Shown: positions 45,846 to 55,677, counted from the stretch's first letter. The stretch is DNA of 64,000 nt from Cyanophora paradoxa CCMP329 (GCA_004431415.1 QPMI01000494.1:434001-498000); one strand, 5' to 3'. Made by a program: numbers and translations. Notes: generated by a model not told the origin, from the sequence alone.

Positions 45846-46260
45846 ACCAGGCATAATAGCCGCCGGTATTTATTTACCGTAACACCAGCGATCGCGACTT
45901 CGCGGAGACCCCCTTCCGTTTTTCCCGCATAACTTTGGACAGGAAGCCGATCTCGGCGCGCTCTTAATTGCTGCGTGCTTGTAACTTGCTTCCGGGCACG
46001 ATGGTGCTACTTTGACTAGCTTACACGACCGTGGCGCGACGCGCAAGTTCGCCATCGGCACAAGTGCCCGAAAACCGAGGTGTCCGCTACATTCTGAGCG
46101 CCGGCGCGCGTTCCCCTGAGGCTACACTAGTCATACTTTGCATCCGCGTGCGTATAGAGTAGTTCTACGCTACTACGAAGTGGCGCGGTCTGATTCGCAA
46201 AGGGCGCGATTTGGCGGCTACGAAACCACATAGCTCACAAAAATATCGACTTAAATAATA

Positions 46261-46653
46261 ATGGATTCCCGATACCGCGGCTACCACGTAATGCTCGACT
46301 ATATAACCGACCCGTTCACCGAGTCCCCGGAGGCATGCGCCGAGTGGATCACAGCGAACCTATCGCAATATATCACAGATCGCAATATGCGCATCGTGCA
46401 CCAGCACACATGCATTTTCGATGGCTCTAATTCCCCTCCCGGTTTCGCGATTGGCTTTCTATTAGATGAGTCGCATGCCACAGCTCACTCTTATAGCGAC
46501 CAGGGGCTATTAGCGATCGATATCTTTACATGCGGCTCAAATGCCGAAGCGAAGACAATGGGTATAGCACGGGACATTAACGAACTCATACAAGAAAGGC
46601 TAAAAGTTCGAAAGTGGGACTTACAGGTCGAGCAAAGGTTCCCAATTTCATAA
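46261..46653 (+). CDS. speD: EVE2 pyruvoyl-dependent S-adenosylmethionine decarboxylase proenzyme (short prokaryotic-type SpeD family)
   Basis: GYHVMLD, PPGF...LLDESHATAHSY and AIDIFTCG give an intact E-S autocleavage site and catalytic Cys. 130 aa. Confidence 0.88.
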   Translation: MDSRYRGYHVMLDYITDPFTESPEACAEWITANLSQYITDRNMRIVHQHTCIFDGSNSPPGFAIGFLLDESHATAHSYSDQGLLAIDIFTCGSNAEAKTMGIARDINELIQERLKVRKWDLQVEQRFPIS

Positions 46654-46677
46654 AAAATGAAAAAAACGACATATACA

Positions 46678-46992
46678 TTAATGCTCCTTGATCGGAAACT
46701 TGCCCATTAGCGGGTGATCGAGACCCATGACATACCAGCATCGCATAACGGGATCCCAGCGGGCTTTCTCAGCCTTCGCTTGATCCTTAAATTCATAAGG
46801 AATATCGAGGTAAACCTTCACGTTTCTTTGATACACTTGCTCATAGCTTAGAGTCTTGAACTGAGAGCATAGAGAGTGATCTTTCTTCGTGACATACCAG
46901 CATGAATTCTCACGATCCCACTTTCCACCGAGGGATTTCGCAACGTCTTTTTTATCAAACGGAATATCAACATAATACTTTTCACCCTCCAT
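46678..46992 (-). CDS. EVE2 tandem DUF5710-like domain protein
   Basis: Two repeats: YVDIPFDKKDVAKSLGGKWD....WYV and YLDIPYEFKDQAKAEKARWD....WYV. Confidence 0.75.
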   Translation of the reverse strand: MEGEKYYVDIPFDKKDVAKSLGGKWDRENSCWYVTKKDHSLCSQFKTLSYEQVYQRNVKVYLDIPYEFKDQAKAEKARWDPVMRCWYVMGLDHPLMGKFPIKEH

Positions 46993-47005
46993 CTCTTTTA
47001 TATTT

Positions 47006-47025
47006 ACCGGAGAAAATAATTTCGG
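47006..47025 (-). promoter_or_regulatory. EVE2 conserved upstream motif (+ strand ACCGGAGAAAATA), also at 52772, 53341 and 53900, with a variant at 57804
   Basis: Recurs 9-30 bp upstream of minus-strand start codons. The 47006 and 52772 copies share 20 identical bp. Confidence 0.75.
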
Positions 47026-47031
47026 GGTTTG

Positions 47032-48414
47032 TTATGAACGAGATGACCGAAGAATGCGCGTAGTAGGGGCTGTATAGCTTGCGCTCTGATTCTTGAATGA
47101 TTTATACCACCTCTGACTGTTTACCTCTGAGAGCTTCTCAGTTCCTGCAATCGTTAATTTAGCGAGCTCCCTCAGCGCCCTCTTTGTCTTTTCTGCGCGA
47201 TCTTCCAATAATGCGCCTTTCGGAACACTTGCGGCAACATCTATTCCTTCCTTTTGAACCTGCCGGATAGAGGCGGCTTCTACATCAGCTGCTAAAATAG
47301 CGTTGCCCGATGGCTCCACCACAGCTTCGACCTCTGTAATGATTTGCAATTCGTGCGGCTTAAAAAGCTTCGGCATTATGTTCCCGGCTGCATCTTGCAC
47401 CTCTATCGCGTTTCCTCTCCTTCCCGCAATTTTGTAGACCTCTCTACTATACCTTTGAGTCGCTCCTTTATCAAACTTTGATCTCGGCAATAATACACGG
47501 ACGTGGAGACCCGGCTTAAAGTCGCTGAATATATCCTTTACGATTGTGTTCTTCTTTGAAATAATAGCCGCTCGGATCCGCTCCATATCTGAGAGCTTAA
47601 CATCCCCGGGTTTCATTCCTATTGTTCTGTGAATTGTGTTATTGTAATTGAAAACGAAGTCGTCCAATTTATCCATAAATCGCACAGTGTTATAAGCGAC
47701 ACAGTAATTGTTTATCATCGTTTTTAAGGTCAAATGAAAGCGATTCATTATTCCCAGCGAAGTGTGATCTCCGACCTGTTTAAAGCGGTGCTCTATTCCA
47801 TTATTTTTCACGATCTCCTGAAACTCCTTCGCGACGAATTCTGAACCGTTATCTGTCTCCAATCGAACCATTGGAGCGGGGAGCTCTGTGAGCATCTCCG
47901 CAAAAGCGGCGGCAACACTTGCGCCCTCCTTATTCTTTAACTTCTTGGCATATGCTTTTCGGCTTGTCATCTCAATGAGAGTAAGGACTGCAATGTAGCC
48001 GGAATTATAGCTGCCATATGAGAGATAAAAGATGAGATCCGCTTGATAGCACCACGGCGGGGCTGTGATGGGAATAAAAGCGGTTTGGGTTGGTGCGGGG
48101 GGCTTCTTGTTGATCTGCATAAATTCTTGTTTCGCTGCGACATCTTGCACTTCTTTCAGTGTGAGGGTCTTGTCCTCTTTTCTAAGTTCTTCGTATATTG
48201 CGGATGGGTTCTTAAAACCTGTCTTTGGGTCATACATGCGGCGCACGATCTTAGAGGACGGGTTAGCAATGCTAAAAGGAACATCTCCTAATAAATTTGA
48301 TTTTGCTTGGCGTTTTGTGATTTTTTGGGGGACTTGCTCAGTTTCAGGAACCGCGATAGGTAGTATGGTAGTCTCTGTCTCCTCGCCCGCTACCCTTCTA
48401 ACGATCCGTGACAT
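47032..48414 (-). CDS. EVE2 rve integrase (460 aa)
   Basis: YDPKTGF N-domain, YQADL, ETDNGSEF, LGIMNRFHLTLK, YNNTIHRTIGMKP and FDKG...YSREVY. The third catalytic position is N. Confidence 0.92.
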   Translation of the reverse strand: MSRIVRRVAGEETETTILPIAVPETEQVPQKITKRQAKSNLLGDVPFSIANPSSKIVRRMYDPKTGFKNPSAIYEELRKEDKTLTLKEVQDVAAKQEFMQINKKPPAPTQTAFIPITAPPWCYQADLIFYLSYGSYNSGYIAVLTLIEMTSRKAYAKKLKNKEGASVAAAFAEMLTELPAPMVRLETDNGSEFVAKEFQEIVKNNGIEHRFKQVGDHTSLGIMNRFHLTLKTMINNYCVAYNTVRFMDKLDDFVFNYNNTIHRTIGMKPGDVKLSDMERIRAAIISKKNTIVKDIFSDFKPGLHVRVLLPRSKFDKGATQRYSREVYKIAGRRGNAIEVQDAAGNIMPKLFKPHELQIITEVEAVVEPSGNAILAADVEAASIRQVQKEGIDVAASVPKGALLEDRAEKTKRALRELAKLTIAGTEKLSEVNSQRWYKSFKNQSASYTAPTTRILRSSRS

Positions 48415-48432
48415 TCTTCTAATTAACCCTGT

Positions 48433-51400
48433 TTATTTTTTGCTGCAATTGCACCCGTGATGCGCGAGTTGACAATTGTCTTTAAGATGTGGGCGCCTGT
48501 TGTTAATGCGATCCACGACGAGCTTGTAATTCGGATCTTGTGGCTCAATCGGAATCGGAAGGGAACAGATCGCACAGGCGCCCTTCTGTTGCTTCTTGCG
48601 CTCTAATATCCACTCCGGCGTAATATAATCCGCCTCGTCGAAATCGCGCCCGGCACGCTGATCCTGGCATTTATATCCGCGGATCTTCGTTTTCAGATAT
48701 TCGATGTAGTCGCTCTTTCCTTGGAATCTGTGAATCGGTGTATAAATCAGCACAGTAGACAGATCACGGTTACGAGTGAGCGCGGTATAGAACCATTCGC
48801 GAGTGGTATAGCGGAACGTAGCCTCACAAATGACAATGCCCGAATCAAGTGTGAGACCTTGCGTTGAATGACCTGTTCCTGCATAAGGGAGAGAAAAATG
48901 TTCTAACATCGCGCACGGAACCTCGAACGTGACACCATCGAAAACGTCCGTTAATGTGACCATTTGCTTTGTGATTTTGGTGATCCGATAGGTGTAATTT
49001 GTGTATGCATTAATAGACTCGCCCTCAGACCGCGAAATGCGTAGATACTTGCGGCAAACGACTTCCAAACCCTTGTAGAATTTGATGCCATTGACCTCTA
49101 CGGTTGGGATATTTACTTTGCGTCTATCGTGCATCAGTTTGTTGTAGGCTAAGGTCATTTCGTTTCTGTAAGCGATGCCAAAGTAGCCGTCGGGGATAGC
49201 GTTAAGATCATTAATTGTCGGTAAGCCGTATTTCGAAATGATCTGTGAGGCTTCGAGTCCGTTTTCGAAGAGATCCTCTTTAATCGCCCGAATTAATTCA
49301 CGGTCTGTCTCCTTCTTGTGCCGCTTGTTAATGCGTAGACTCAGGACGTTAGGGAACATGCTCTGCACAGCGCGCTTATAGTAGCCCTTGCGATCAGAAA
49401 CCGAGAGCTCGTCATTAATCGGTTCATTTTGATAGGTGTCGCCATTAGCCAAATATTTGATATCCGGATAGCGATCGATAAACGACTTGATCTTAGCGAG
49501 ATCTTTTACAGAATACGCGAATATCTCGTCGAACATAATGTGACTGAACTCGGAGACGAACGCCCTCTGGTCTTTCTCGCTCATAGCCTCTTCGTAGGTC
49601 TGATCATTTGAGACACGGATCCCGAGAACATTATACAAAGTGCGAACGGTGATATTCTCGATTCCGCGGACTTTCAGGGAGTCCCTTAGCTCTGCGCACT
49701 GTTTGTTATAGGGGCAAATAACTAAGCAATTCGACTTCTGAGATGCGAAACAGTTAATACCGAGTGTCGACTTTCCACTTCCGGGCATGTCAGCAAGGAC
49801 AAGCATACGATTATGGAGCTCCGCAACCCAATTAAAGCACTCAGGATTAAATTCGTCCCTTAGCGAGAACCGGTTAATGAGTGTGTCAGGATCCTGAAAT
49901 TCGAGAGTTACACCCCGTGGTGGGCGGAGAGCATTCTCAGGGCATCTTTTCCCGGGAATATAGCTGAATTTGCCCATGTTCTCAAACGCATTTCGGTCGA
50001 ACTCTTTCTTACTTGTCCATGAACCTTCGATATATAGACAGTCCGTTCTGATCCCGGCAACCTTGTGCCCGCGCGCTGTCAGGCGCTTGTATTGCGCAAA
50101 CATATTAGCGCGGTTGCGATCGTAAATATGAAAGTGGATAGGAAGGAATCCGTTAACGAGCTCGCGGTGGGAGCTGATCTTAACGAAATAGATGTGACCT
50201 TCGAATTCGCTAAGAGCTTTGACACGTTTCGAATTCTTAGGATTGAAAGTAAACACCTCTACTGTTCCTCCGCATTCTTGGGCGAACCTTTCAGCCTCGG
50301 CACGGTTGTAGAACATTTTCGTGGATGTTTGCGAGTCTTGGAATTTGCCGAGCATTCCGATATCTTTCACTAAAAGGTGCTTCTTGTCTGTGGTTTGAAT
50401 GTCACTTGACAGAACCTTCTTCATCTCGGAGATCGACGTATTGGGCACCAAATGCGAAGGCTCCGCGACCGCGATAATCTCTATCTTGTCCTTTACGTCC
50501 GCCCAGTGCATGGCGAGAGTGTAGCCTGTCATGAAATTATAACAGCGACCACTCACGGAAAATGCGCGATCCAGAATAATTTCGATTCCATCAATCTTGC
50601 GAGACATGGCGGCATCATAATCTACATCCTCATCGTCGGCGAAAGTCGCTTGCTCTCTCTCAAACGCAACGACACGGACGTAGTAGATCGCGTATTCGAG
50701 AATTTCGCTTCCCGCTTTAAAGGGAACGAAGTCATCAAACACATTGTATTTCGGAAGATATTGCATGCCTTTTAGAATCGAAGGGTAGCACTTCGCCATA
50801 TCGACGGCTGTGTAGGTGGCTTTCGGGTTCGGCTTATAGAAATAGCCGCTTAGTGCGGATCGCTTGTAGTGCGTGAGAATTTCGCGCATGTTCGGGCTGT
50901 AATGTGAGATATTCGTCGCATTTAGTAGCGACTCGCGGAACCCCTTACCGATTTCACAGACCTTATTATAATACTCCTCTGTTTCGAAATCTTGCTCAAT
51001 AAAGTGGTCTGTTGTGCGTGGATCTTTGATAGAGAACATGGAGCCATTAGCTTTGAATGTGATGCTGTCGATCTGTTTCGATGGTGTTAGCTTCACAGCG
51101 GGCTCATATCGCATTTTCAGGAACGTAAATAGAAGACCTTCCAGACCTTCGCGCCCAGTATACAGAATGCGAATGAAACTGCGCTCGTCAGGCGATAGTT
51201 TTAATTGCGTGATCTTTAACAGATCCTTGGATGTGTGCGCGAAGATATCGTGAGTAAGACACGTCGGAATTTTATAGAGTGCTAACGAAGAGGTCGACTT
51301 AGGAACATGATTATCGAGCTCTTCGACCTCCATCTTTGCCATGCGCATTTCGAGCGACTTGATGTTATCGTTGAATATATAGATGTGCTTGTTGTGAATC

Positions 51401-52749
51401 ATAAAGTGAATATTGCGTGGAAAGATGTTTTTGTTAATTGATTCCGCCGCGAATTTGTATATTAACTTTCCGTCGACATCAAAGACGCGGAAGCCTGTCT
51501 GGATTCTCTTACAGAATTTCTCGATATGGCGGAGGGTGAGAGCCAGAGAGTCGCCAGGTGTGCGTTCGCGACCGTGAAAGAATTTATAGAGACCGTCGTA
51601 GGACATAGTTAAGTCAGTATATCGCGGTTTTGGCGCCTCCTGACACTTCTTAATGGACGCTCCCCATGTGGAGATGATCATATCGTAGCCGCAAGCGTTA
51701 GATGTCGATGATTTGGGAAGCTCAATAATATCTTCGAACTCAGACGCGTTTGAATTTAATGTGTAGTCTGTGAATTTGCTCATAATCGCGGTGCATCGCA
51801 TACTGTCCATTAGCTCCTCATCCAGGAACTCATAGCGATTGCCAGGTATAGCACCGGCTCCATCGTCCTCGACACCTTCATCCCCATCGATCGCGACCTC
51901 ATGAACAGTTATAAAGGCATCATCGACACTGCCGCCAAAATCATCGAAACCTTTGCGTAGTTTTTTCTGTTCCTCGGTTGGTGGTGTCTTAAAGAAGAAA
52001 ATCTCGTATGCTTGTCCGAAAGTTCCCAGACGAATCTTCAATTCATCGTAGTTTTCGAGTAAATCGAAGATTGATTCGCTCTCATGCCAATCATGACGAA
52101 CTTGACCCGGTCTAATTAGAATTTGAGACATTCTATCCATTTTCGCCAGAGCAAAGCTTCGCAACACACTCACCGAAACTGTCTCTCTTATATTGCGGTA
52201 GGTGACAAAGGTTCTGTCTGGTATATTTAATTCGGGAATTCCGGGAATAACAATTACCTCCGACGACCGAGCACCGGATCCGGGCGCCCATAGCTTGAAC
52301 GTAATTGTTGCGAGAGTTTCCGGATCGTATGCGGCGATTGGATCGAGAATAGTGCGTTTAATCGCATCCTCTACCGCTTTTAGTTTACCTCTCTGCTGCT
52401 TCGCTTCGAGCTTCGCTTCTTTCGCCCGCTTCTTTTCTTGCTTGCGATCGAAGCGCTGTAAACGCTTAGCCTCTTGTTCTTTTTGCCTTTGCTTTTCTAT
52501 ATTAACTTGGGTGCGAGCGGCGCGCTTTTCTTTCCGCTCTGCCCTGCGGAAAACGCGGGGATTAATGATGCCATTCAGAGTGTCCCGAATGTCGATCAGC
52601 GTTTGGAGCTTGGGCTTCCGATTCATTGTGTTGTGCATCGCCCAATGCGCCTGTTCTTCGGTTAGCAAATCCTGACTCAATCCCTGCATAATGTATCCGA
52701 TAATTTCATCCCGAACATTGTTAGCGATTCTGTTGGTTGCGCGCGGCAT
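48433..52749 (-). CDS. EVE2 fusion protein: degenerate pPolB + superfamily 1 helicase + C-terminal HNH/EndoVII-like Zn domain (1438 aa)
   Basis: Pol-like VDMAKCYPS, KHLLVKDIGMLGK and GIRTDCLY. SF1 motifs MPGSGKS, FDEIF, GDTYQNEP, TGHSTQGLT and YTALTR. C-terminal CAIC..VDRINN..H..NC..CN. Confidence 0.85.
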   Translation of the reverse strand: MPRATNRIANNVRDEIIGYIMQGLSQDLLTEEQAHWAMHNTMNRKPKLQTLIDIRDTLNGIINPRVFRRAERKEKRAARTQVNIEKQRQKEQEAKRLQRFDRKQEKKRAKEAKLEAKQQRGKLKAVEDAIKRTILDPIAAYDPETLATITFKLWAPGSGARSSEVIVIPGIPELNIPDRTFVTYRNIRETVSVSVLRSFALAKMDRMSQILIRPGQVRHDWHESESIFDLLENYDELKIRLGTFGQAYEIFFFKTPPTEEQKKLRKGFDDFGGSVDDAFITVHEVAIDGDEGVEDDGAGAIPGNRYEFLDEELMDSMRCTAIMSKFTDYTLNSNASEFEDIIELPKSSTSNACGYDMIISTWGASIKKCQEAPKPRYTDLTMSYDGLYKFFHGRERTPGDSLALTLRHIEKFCKRIQTGFRVFDVDGKLIYKFAAESINKNIFPRNIHFMIHNKHIYIFNDNIKSLEMRMAKMEVEELDNHVPKSTSSLALYKIPTCLTHDIFAHTSKDLLKITQLKLSPDERSFIRILYTGREGLEGLLFTFLKMRYEPAVKLTPSKQIDSITFKANGSMFSIKDPRTTDHFIEQDFETEEYYNKVCEIGKGFRESLLNATNISHYSPNMREILTHYKRSALSGYFYKPNPKATYTAVDMAKCYPSILKGMQYLPKYNVFDDFVPFKAGSEILEYAIYYVRVVAFEREQATFADDEDVDYDAAMSRKIDGIEIILDRAFSVSGRCYNFMTGYTLAMHWADVKDKIEIIAVAEPSHLVPNTSISEMKKVLSSDIQTTDKKHLLVKDIGMLGKFQDSQTSTKMFYNRAEAERFAQECGGTVEVFTFNPKNSKRVKALSEFEGHIYFVKISSHRELVNGFLPIHFHIYDRNRANMFAQYKRLTARGHKVAGIRTDCLYIEGSWTSKKEFDRNAFENMGKFSYIPGKRCPENALRPPRGVTLEFQDPDTLINRFSLRDEFNPECFNWVAELHNRMLVLADMPGSGKSTLGINCFASQKSNCLVICPYNKQCAELRDSLKVRGIENITVRTLYNVLGIRVSNDQTYEEAMSEKDQRAFVSEFSHIMFDEIFAYSVKDLAKIKSFIDRYPDIKYLANGDTYQNEPINDELSVSDRKGYYKRAVQSMFPNVLSLRINKRHKKETDRELIRAIKEDLFENGLEASQIISKYGLPTINDLNAIPDGYFGIAYRNEMTLAYNKLMHDRRKVNIPTVEVNGIKFYKGLEVVCRKYLRISRSEGESINAYTNYTYRITKITKQMVTLTDVFDGVTFEVPCAMLEHFSLPYAGTGHSTQGLTLDSGIVICEATFRYTTREWFYTALTRNRDLSTVLIYTPIHRFQGKSDYIEYLKTKIRGYKCQDQRAGRDFDEADYITPEWILERKKQQKGACAICSLPIPIEPQDPNYKLVVDRINNRRPHLKDNCQLAHHGCNCSKK

Positions 52750-52918
52750 CTCTATTAGTTCTTTTAAAATAACCGGAGAAAATAATTTCGGCGCAATCTA
52801 CCAAATTCTCCTTTTCATACCCTTGTCGCCAAATCTTTAAGTGCTTTTTTGACCGATACGGGGAATAAAAATGGAGGTAAAAAATTAATCATTTTTTGCA
52901 TCGTGCGGATACTTTCCG

Positions 52919-53332
52919 CTACGGATTTTTCGCGTTCTCGACGACATGCTTTCGGGGTCTTCCAGCGGGCTTTTGCGGCTGGGGCTTCACCGGCGGATTC
53001 AGCTTGCGTTCCGCTCTTTTCCTTCGTTGGTATTCACGTGCCTTCTCTCGGATTTTCTCCCGATACTCTTCATCGTCTTGGTATCGCTGCTGTTTACGAA
53101 TTGCGATCTTTTGTAGCTGTTCCGGTGTGAATATAGTAGCCTCTCCGGCGGCTAATCGCTCCTGTTTCTGTCTCTGATGCTTGTTTCGCTGCCTCTCGGC
53201 GTCTTTTTCGCGTTTTAGTCTTAATCTCTCCGCCTTCTCCTCTTCTGAAATCACCTTTTTCGGTCGCCCGGGTCTGCGCTTTTCCTGCTGTGCCGCCATC
53301 GCCTCTTGGTTTGAAATCTTGGGTTTCGCCAT
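52919..53332 (-). CDS. EVE2 small basic AT-hook protein
   Basis: RRPGRPKK and AGRPRKH flank a charged helix. Confidence 0.75.
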   Translation of the reverse strand: MAKPKISNQEAMAAQQEKRRPGRPKKVISEEEKAERLRLKREKDAERQRNKHQRQKQERLAAGEATIFTPEQLQKIAIRKQQRYQDDEEYREKIREKAREYQRRKRAERKLNPPVKPQPQKPAGRPRKHVVENAKNP

Positions 53333-53456
53333 TTACTATAACCGGAGAAAATAGTTTTTTGTCACTCTGTATTATTTCCCTTGCCCTTAAATACCTTTTA
53401 CCGAAACCTTCAATTTTTGCCCTTGGCTCGATACAAGCGCCACCGAAATTCACCGC

Positions 53457-53870
53457 TCAATAACCGTTCCAGACGGTTTGTTCTTGTTGCTGAGGATATA
53501 CATAAGGGTTTGTTAAGCTGTCATCGTCGCCTAATGGCATTTGATCCAATCTATACATCGGATAAGGGGAGTCAGCGCGCAAATGACCTTCTACAAACTC
53601 AGGACATGATCGCCTTCTAATATGCTCTACATGCACGTCCTCTATCTGAGCGGTTTCGATATTGGAACTCATAGCCGCGGTCACAGGCGAGGGCGATCGA
53701 GATCGTGAGTGGTTGTGATTGTCGCTGTGGTTAGAATATACAGAAAGGCGCCTACCTCCATTGTCTTCATCGCTTATATCAACCTCTACGGTTGTGTCGC
53801 AGCAAGAGTTGTGGCACGTGCTTGTGAAATGCAAATGAAACATCTCAATGCATTGTGTGATGAAATTCAT
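53457..53870 (-). CDS. EVE2 hypothetical protein
   Basis: ATG-initiated 137-aa ORF preceded by the EVE2 upstream motif. Contains an N-terminal CxxxCC and an RSRSPSP tract. Confidence 0.55.
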   Translation of the reverse strand: MNFITQCIEMFHLHFTSTCHNSCCDTTVEVDISDEDNGGRRLSVYSNHSDNHNHSRSRSPSPVTAAMSSNIETAQIEDVHVEHIRRRSCPEFVEGHLRADSPYPMYRLDQMPLGDDDSLTNPYVYPQQQEQTVWNGY

Positions 53871-53919
53871 CGATCCTACAAGGACGCAACGTATTAAATA
53901 TCGGAGAAAATAAAAGGGA

Positions 53920-54078
53920 ATGAGGCTATTGCTTGCTCGTGTGTTTCCTTATGAGTTGGTCGACCTTATAATGCTGTTTATGGAGCCGACCTGTCCCTTT
54001 TGCAAGGGAGTCCACATAAAGACACGCTCTAAATACGGGCGGGTTCAGCTTTGCCTTGCGGATATTCACAGTCATTAG
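53920..54078 (+). CDS. EVE2 possible 52-aa protein below the ORF-track cut-off
   Basis: MRLLLARVFPYELVDLIMLFMEPTCPFCKG... fills the gap between flanking genes exactly. Confidence 0.4.
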   Translation: MRLLLARVFPYELVDLIMLFMEPTCPFCKGVHIKTRSKYGRVQLCLADIHSH

Positions 54079-54758
54079 CGGATATGGCGTTTACCACCAA
54101 GCATTGCGGCATAATTTACGGGTGCAGTCGGCACTATATGTGCATATTGCGGGGCGACCGATTGCTGACGAGTTACGGCTTGCGCATCTGTCTTTTCCTC
54201 CTTTTTAATCTCCTCTACGTCGACCTTTTGCTTTAATCCGAGTTTCGAGATCTCTTTCTTTACGAGACCCTTTAATTTCTTGCGTTCGTTATAATCTTGC
54301 ATCCATTTCTCGTAGTTTGACACTTTCATTTCAAGATCTCGCACTTTCTCTTCGAAGCTCATGACAACGTCGACTGGAACAGTGTGTTTTTGATAGGATC
54401 CGCGCTTTTTAAGCTCGGTTTCGGCGGCTTTCGGGACGTCTTGTGTCTTGTGCTGGCTTGCGACAACTTGCGCTTTAATTACTTTGTCGGTTGCTTCATC
54501 AACAGAGCCGCCTCCAATCTGTGGTTTTACAGTAGCTAAATCGTCCATTTGGCGTTTACCGCTATCTTGGTTTCCCTTGTCCGCGGTGGCACTCGCAATA
54601 ATCGCCTCTTGCTTGGCGACCTCCTCTGGCGAAGTGTCTATAAGATATTCGGGCATTTCGAGACCGCCACCCGACGTTAACCCAGACTCTTCAAGTCCGC
54701 GATTAGGATTACCAGAAGCGACCGTTTGAATGGTTTGAGGCTTCTTTCGGTAGACCAT
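54075..54758 (-). CDS. EVE2 hypothetical protein with coiled-coil
   Basis: 227-aa ORF starting 2 bp after the ATPase stop. Contains FEEKVRDLEMKVSNYEKW. Confidence 0.7.
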   Translation of the reverse strand: MVYRKKPQTIQTVASGNPNRGLEESGLTSGGGLEMPEYLIDTSPEEVAKQEAIIASATADKGNQDSGKRQMDDLATVKPQIGGGSVDEATDKVIKAQVVASQHKTQDVPKAAETELKKRGSYQKHTVPVDVVMSFEEKVRDLEMKVSNYEKWMQDYNERKKLKGLVKKEISKLGLKQKVDVEEIKKEEKTDAQAVTRQQSVAPQYAHIVPTAPVNYAAMLGGKRHIR

Positions 54759-54760
54759 GA

Positions 54761-55627
54761 TTATCTTTTCTTACACTTGATTAACATTTTCTTTTTCTTG
54801 GGCGAAATTTGCGAAAGTTTGGGGATACCTTCAAGCTCACGCTCAAATTTGGATAAAGTTTTGCATACAGTTGTCGAATCTTTGACAGGCGGCGGTTTTG
54901 TCGCTTGCTCCTCTTGTTGTTTGCGCTTCTTTTCTTCAAAAGCCGCCCGCTTGTGGAATTTAGTAAACGGGTGGTCATCGATCATATCGGCTTTTTCGAC
55001 CCACCATCGCACAGAATACCCCGTATTATCGTGAATGATCGCTTGGTAGCTATGACAGAATTCTTGGAACATGCGTTTGAAACTCTCTTTATCCATGTTT
55101 CCGAATTCCTCGTGATATGCTTCAAACTCTCGCATGTTTGACCAGCTTAGGAATATGATATACTCCGCATTGCTGCGAATGATCGTTGAAAGCTTTGTTA
55201 GTTTCTGCGATATTAGCGCCACGGAACAAAACGTATGACGACCTTGCGCCATCAATTTATTTAGCAAATGATCGCGCGAAAGATCGATAGTTCCGGACTC
55301 CAAACAATCGTCGAGCACAATGAGAATATTCTTTGGTTTCTTACCCGCAATGATAGCCTTCTTGCGGGCTTCTATGATCGACTCTACATATTCCGGTTTC
55401 CAGGTATCATGCACTTCGTCTGTAATTTGTCCCCAGAAACCGTTGAAACTCGTTGGACAAAAGACCAGAACGTATGAGATCTGGTCTTCGAGTTCTTTGA
55501 TCAGCCACTTTAAGAATACCGATTTACCACAATTGGTTTTCGCCAATAGGAGAAATCGTGCGGGAAGTTTCACCCTCTGTTTCGGGTTCCATTCTTCGAG
55601 ATCCATGGGCGTCGTCCCTTTTTGCAT
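54761..55627 (-). CDS. EVE2 A32-like packaging ATPase
   Basis: AKTNCGKS, LIVLDDC, QGRH..SVALISQ and IRSNAEY. Homologous to 5358-6062. Confidence 0.92.
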   Translation of the reverse strand: MQKGTTPMDLEEWNPKQRVKLPARFLLLAKTNCGKSVFLKWLIKELEDQISYVLVFCPTSFNGFWGQITDEVHDTWKPEYVESIIEARKKAIIAGKKPKNILIVLDDCLESGTIDLSRDHLLNKLMAQGRHTFCSVALISQKLTKLSTIIRSNAEYIIFLSWSNMREFEAYHEEFGNMDKESFKRMFQEFCHSYQAIIHDNTGYSVRWWVEKADMIDDHPFTKFHKRAAFEEKKRKQQEEQATKPPPVKDSTTVCKTLSKFERELEGIPKLSQISPKKKKMLIKCKKR

Positions 55628-55677
55628 TCTTTCACTATAAAAACAATAGAAAAATAAGACTGAATGTGGTAATTGGT

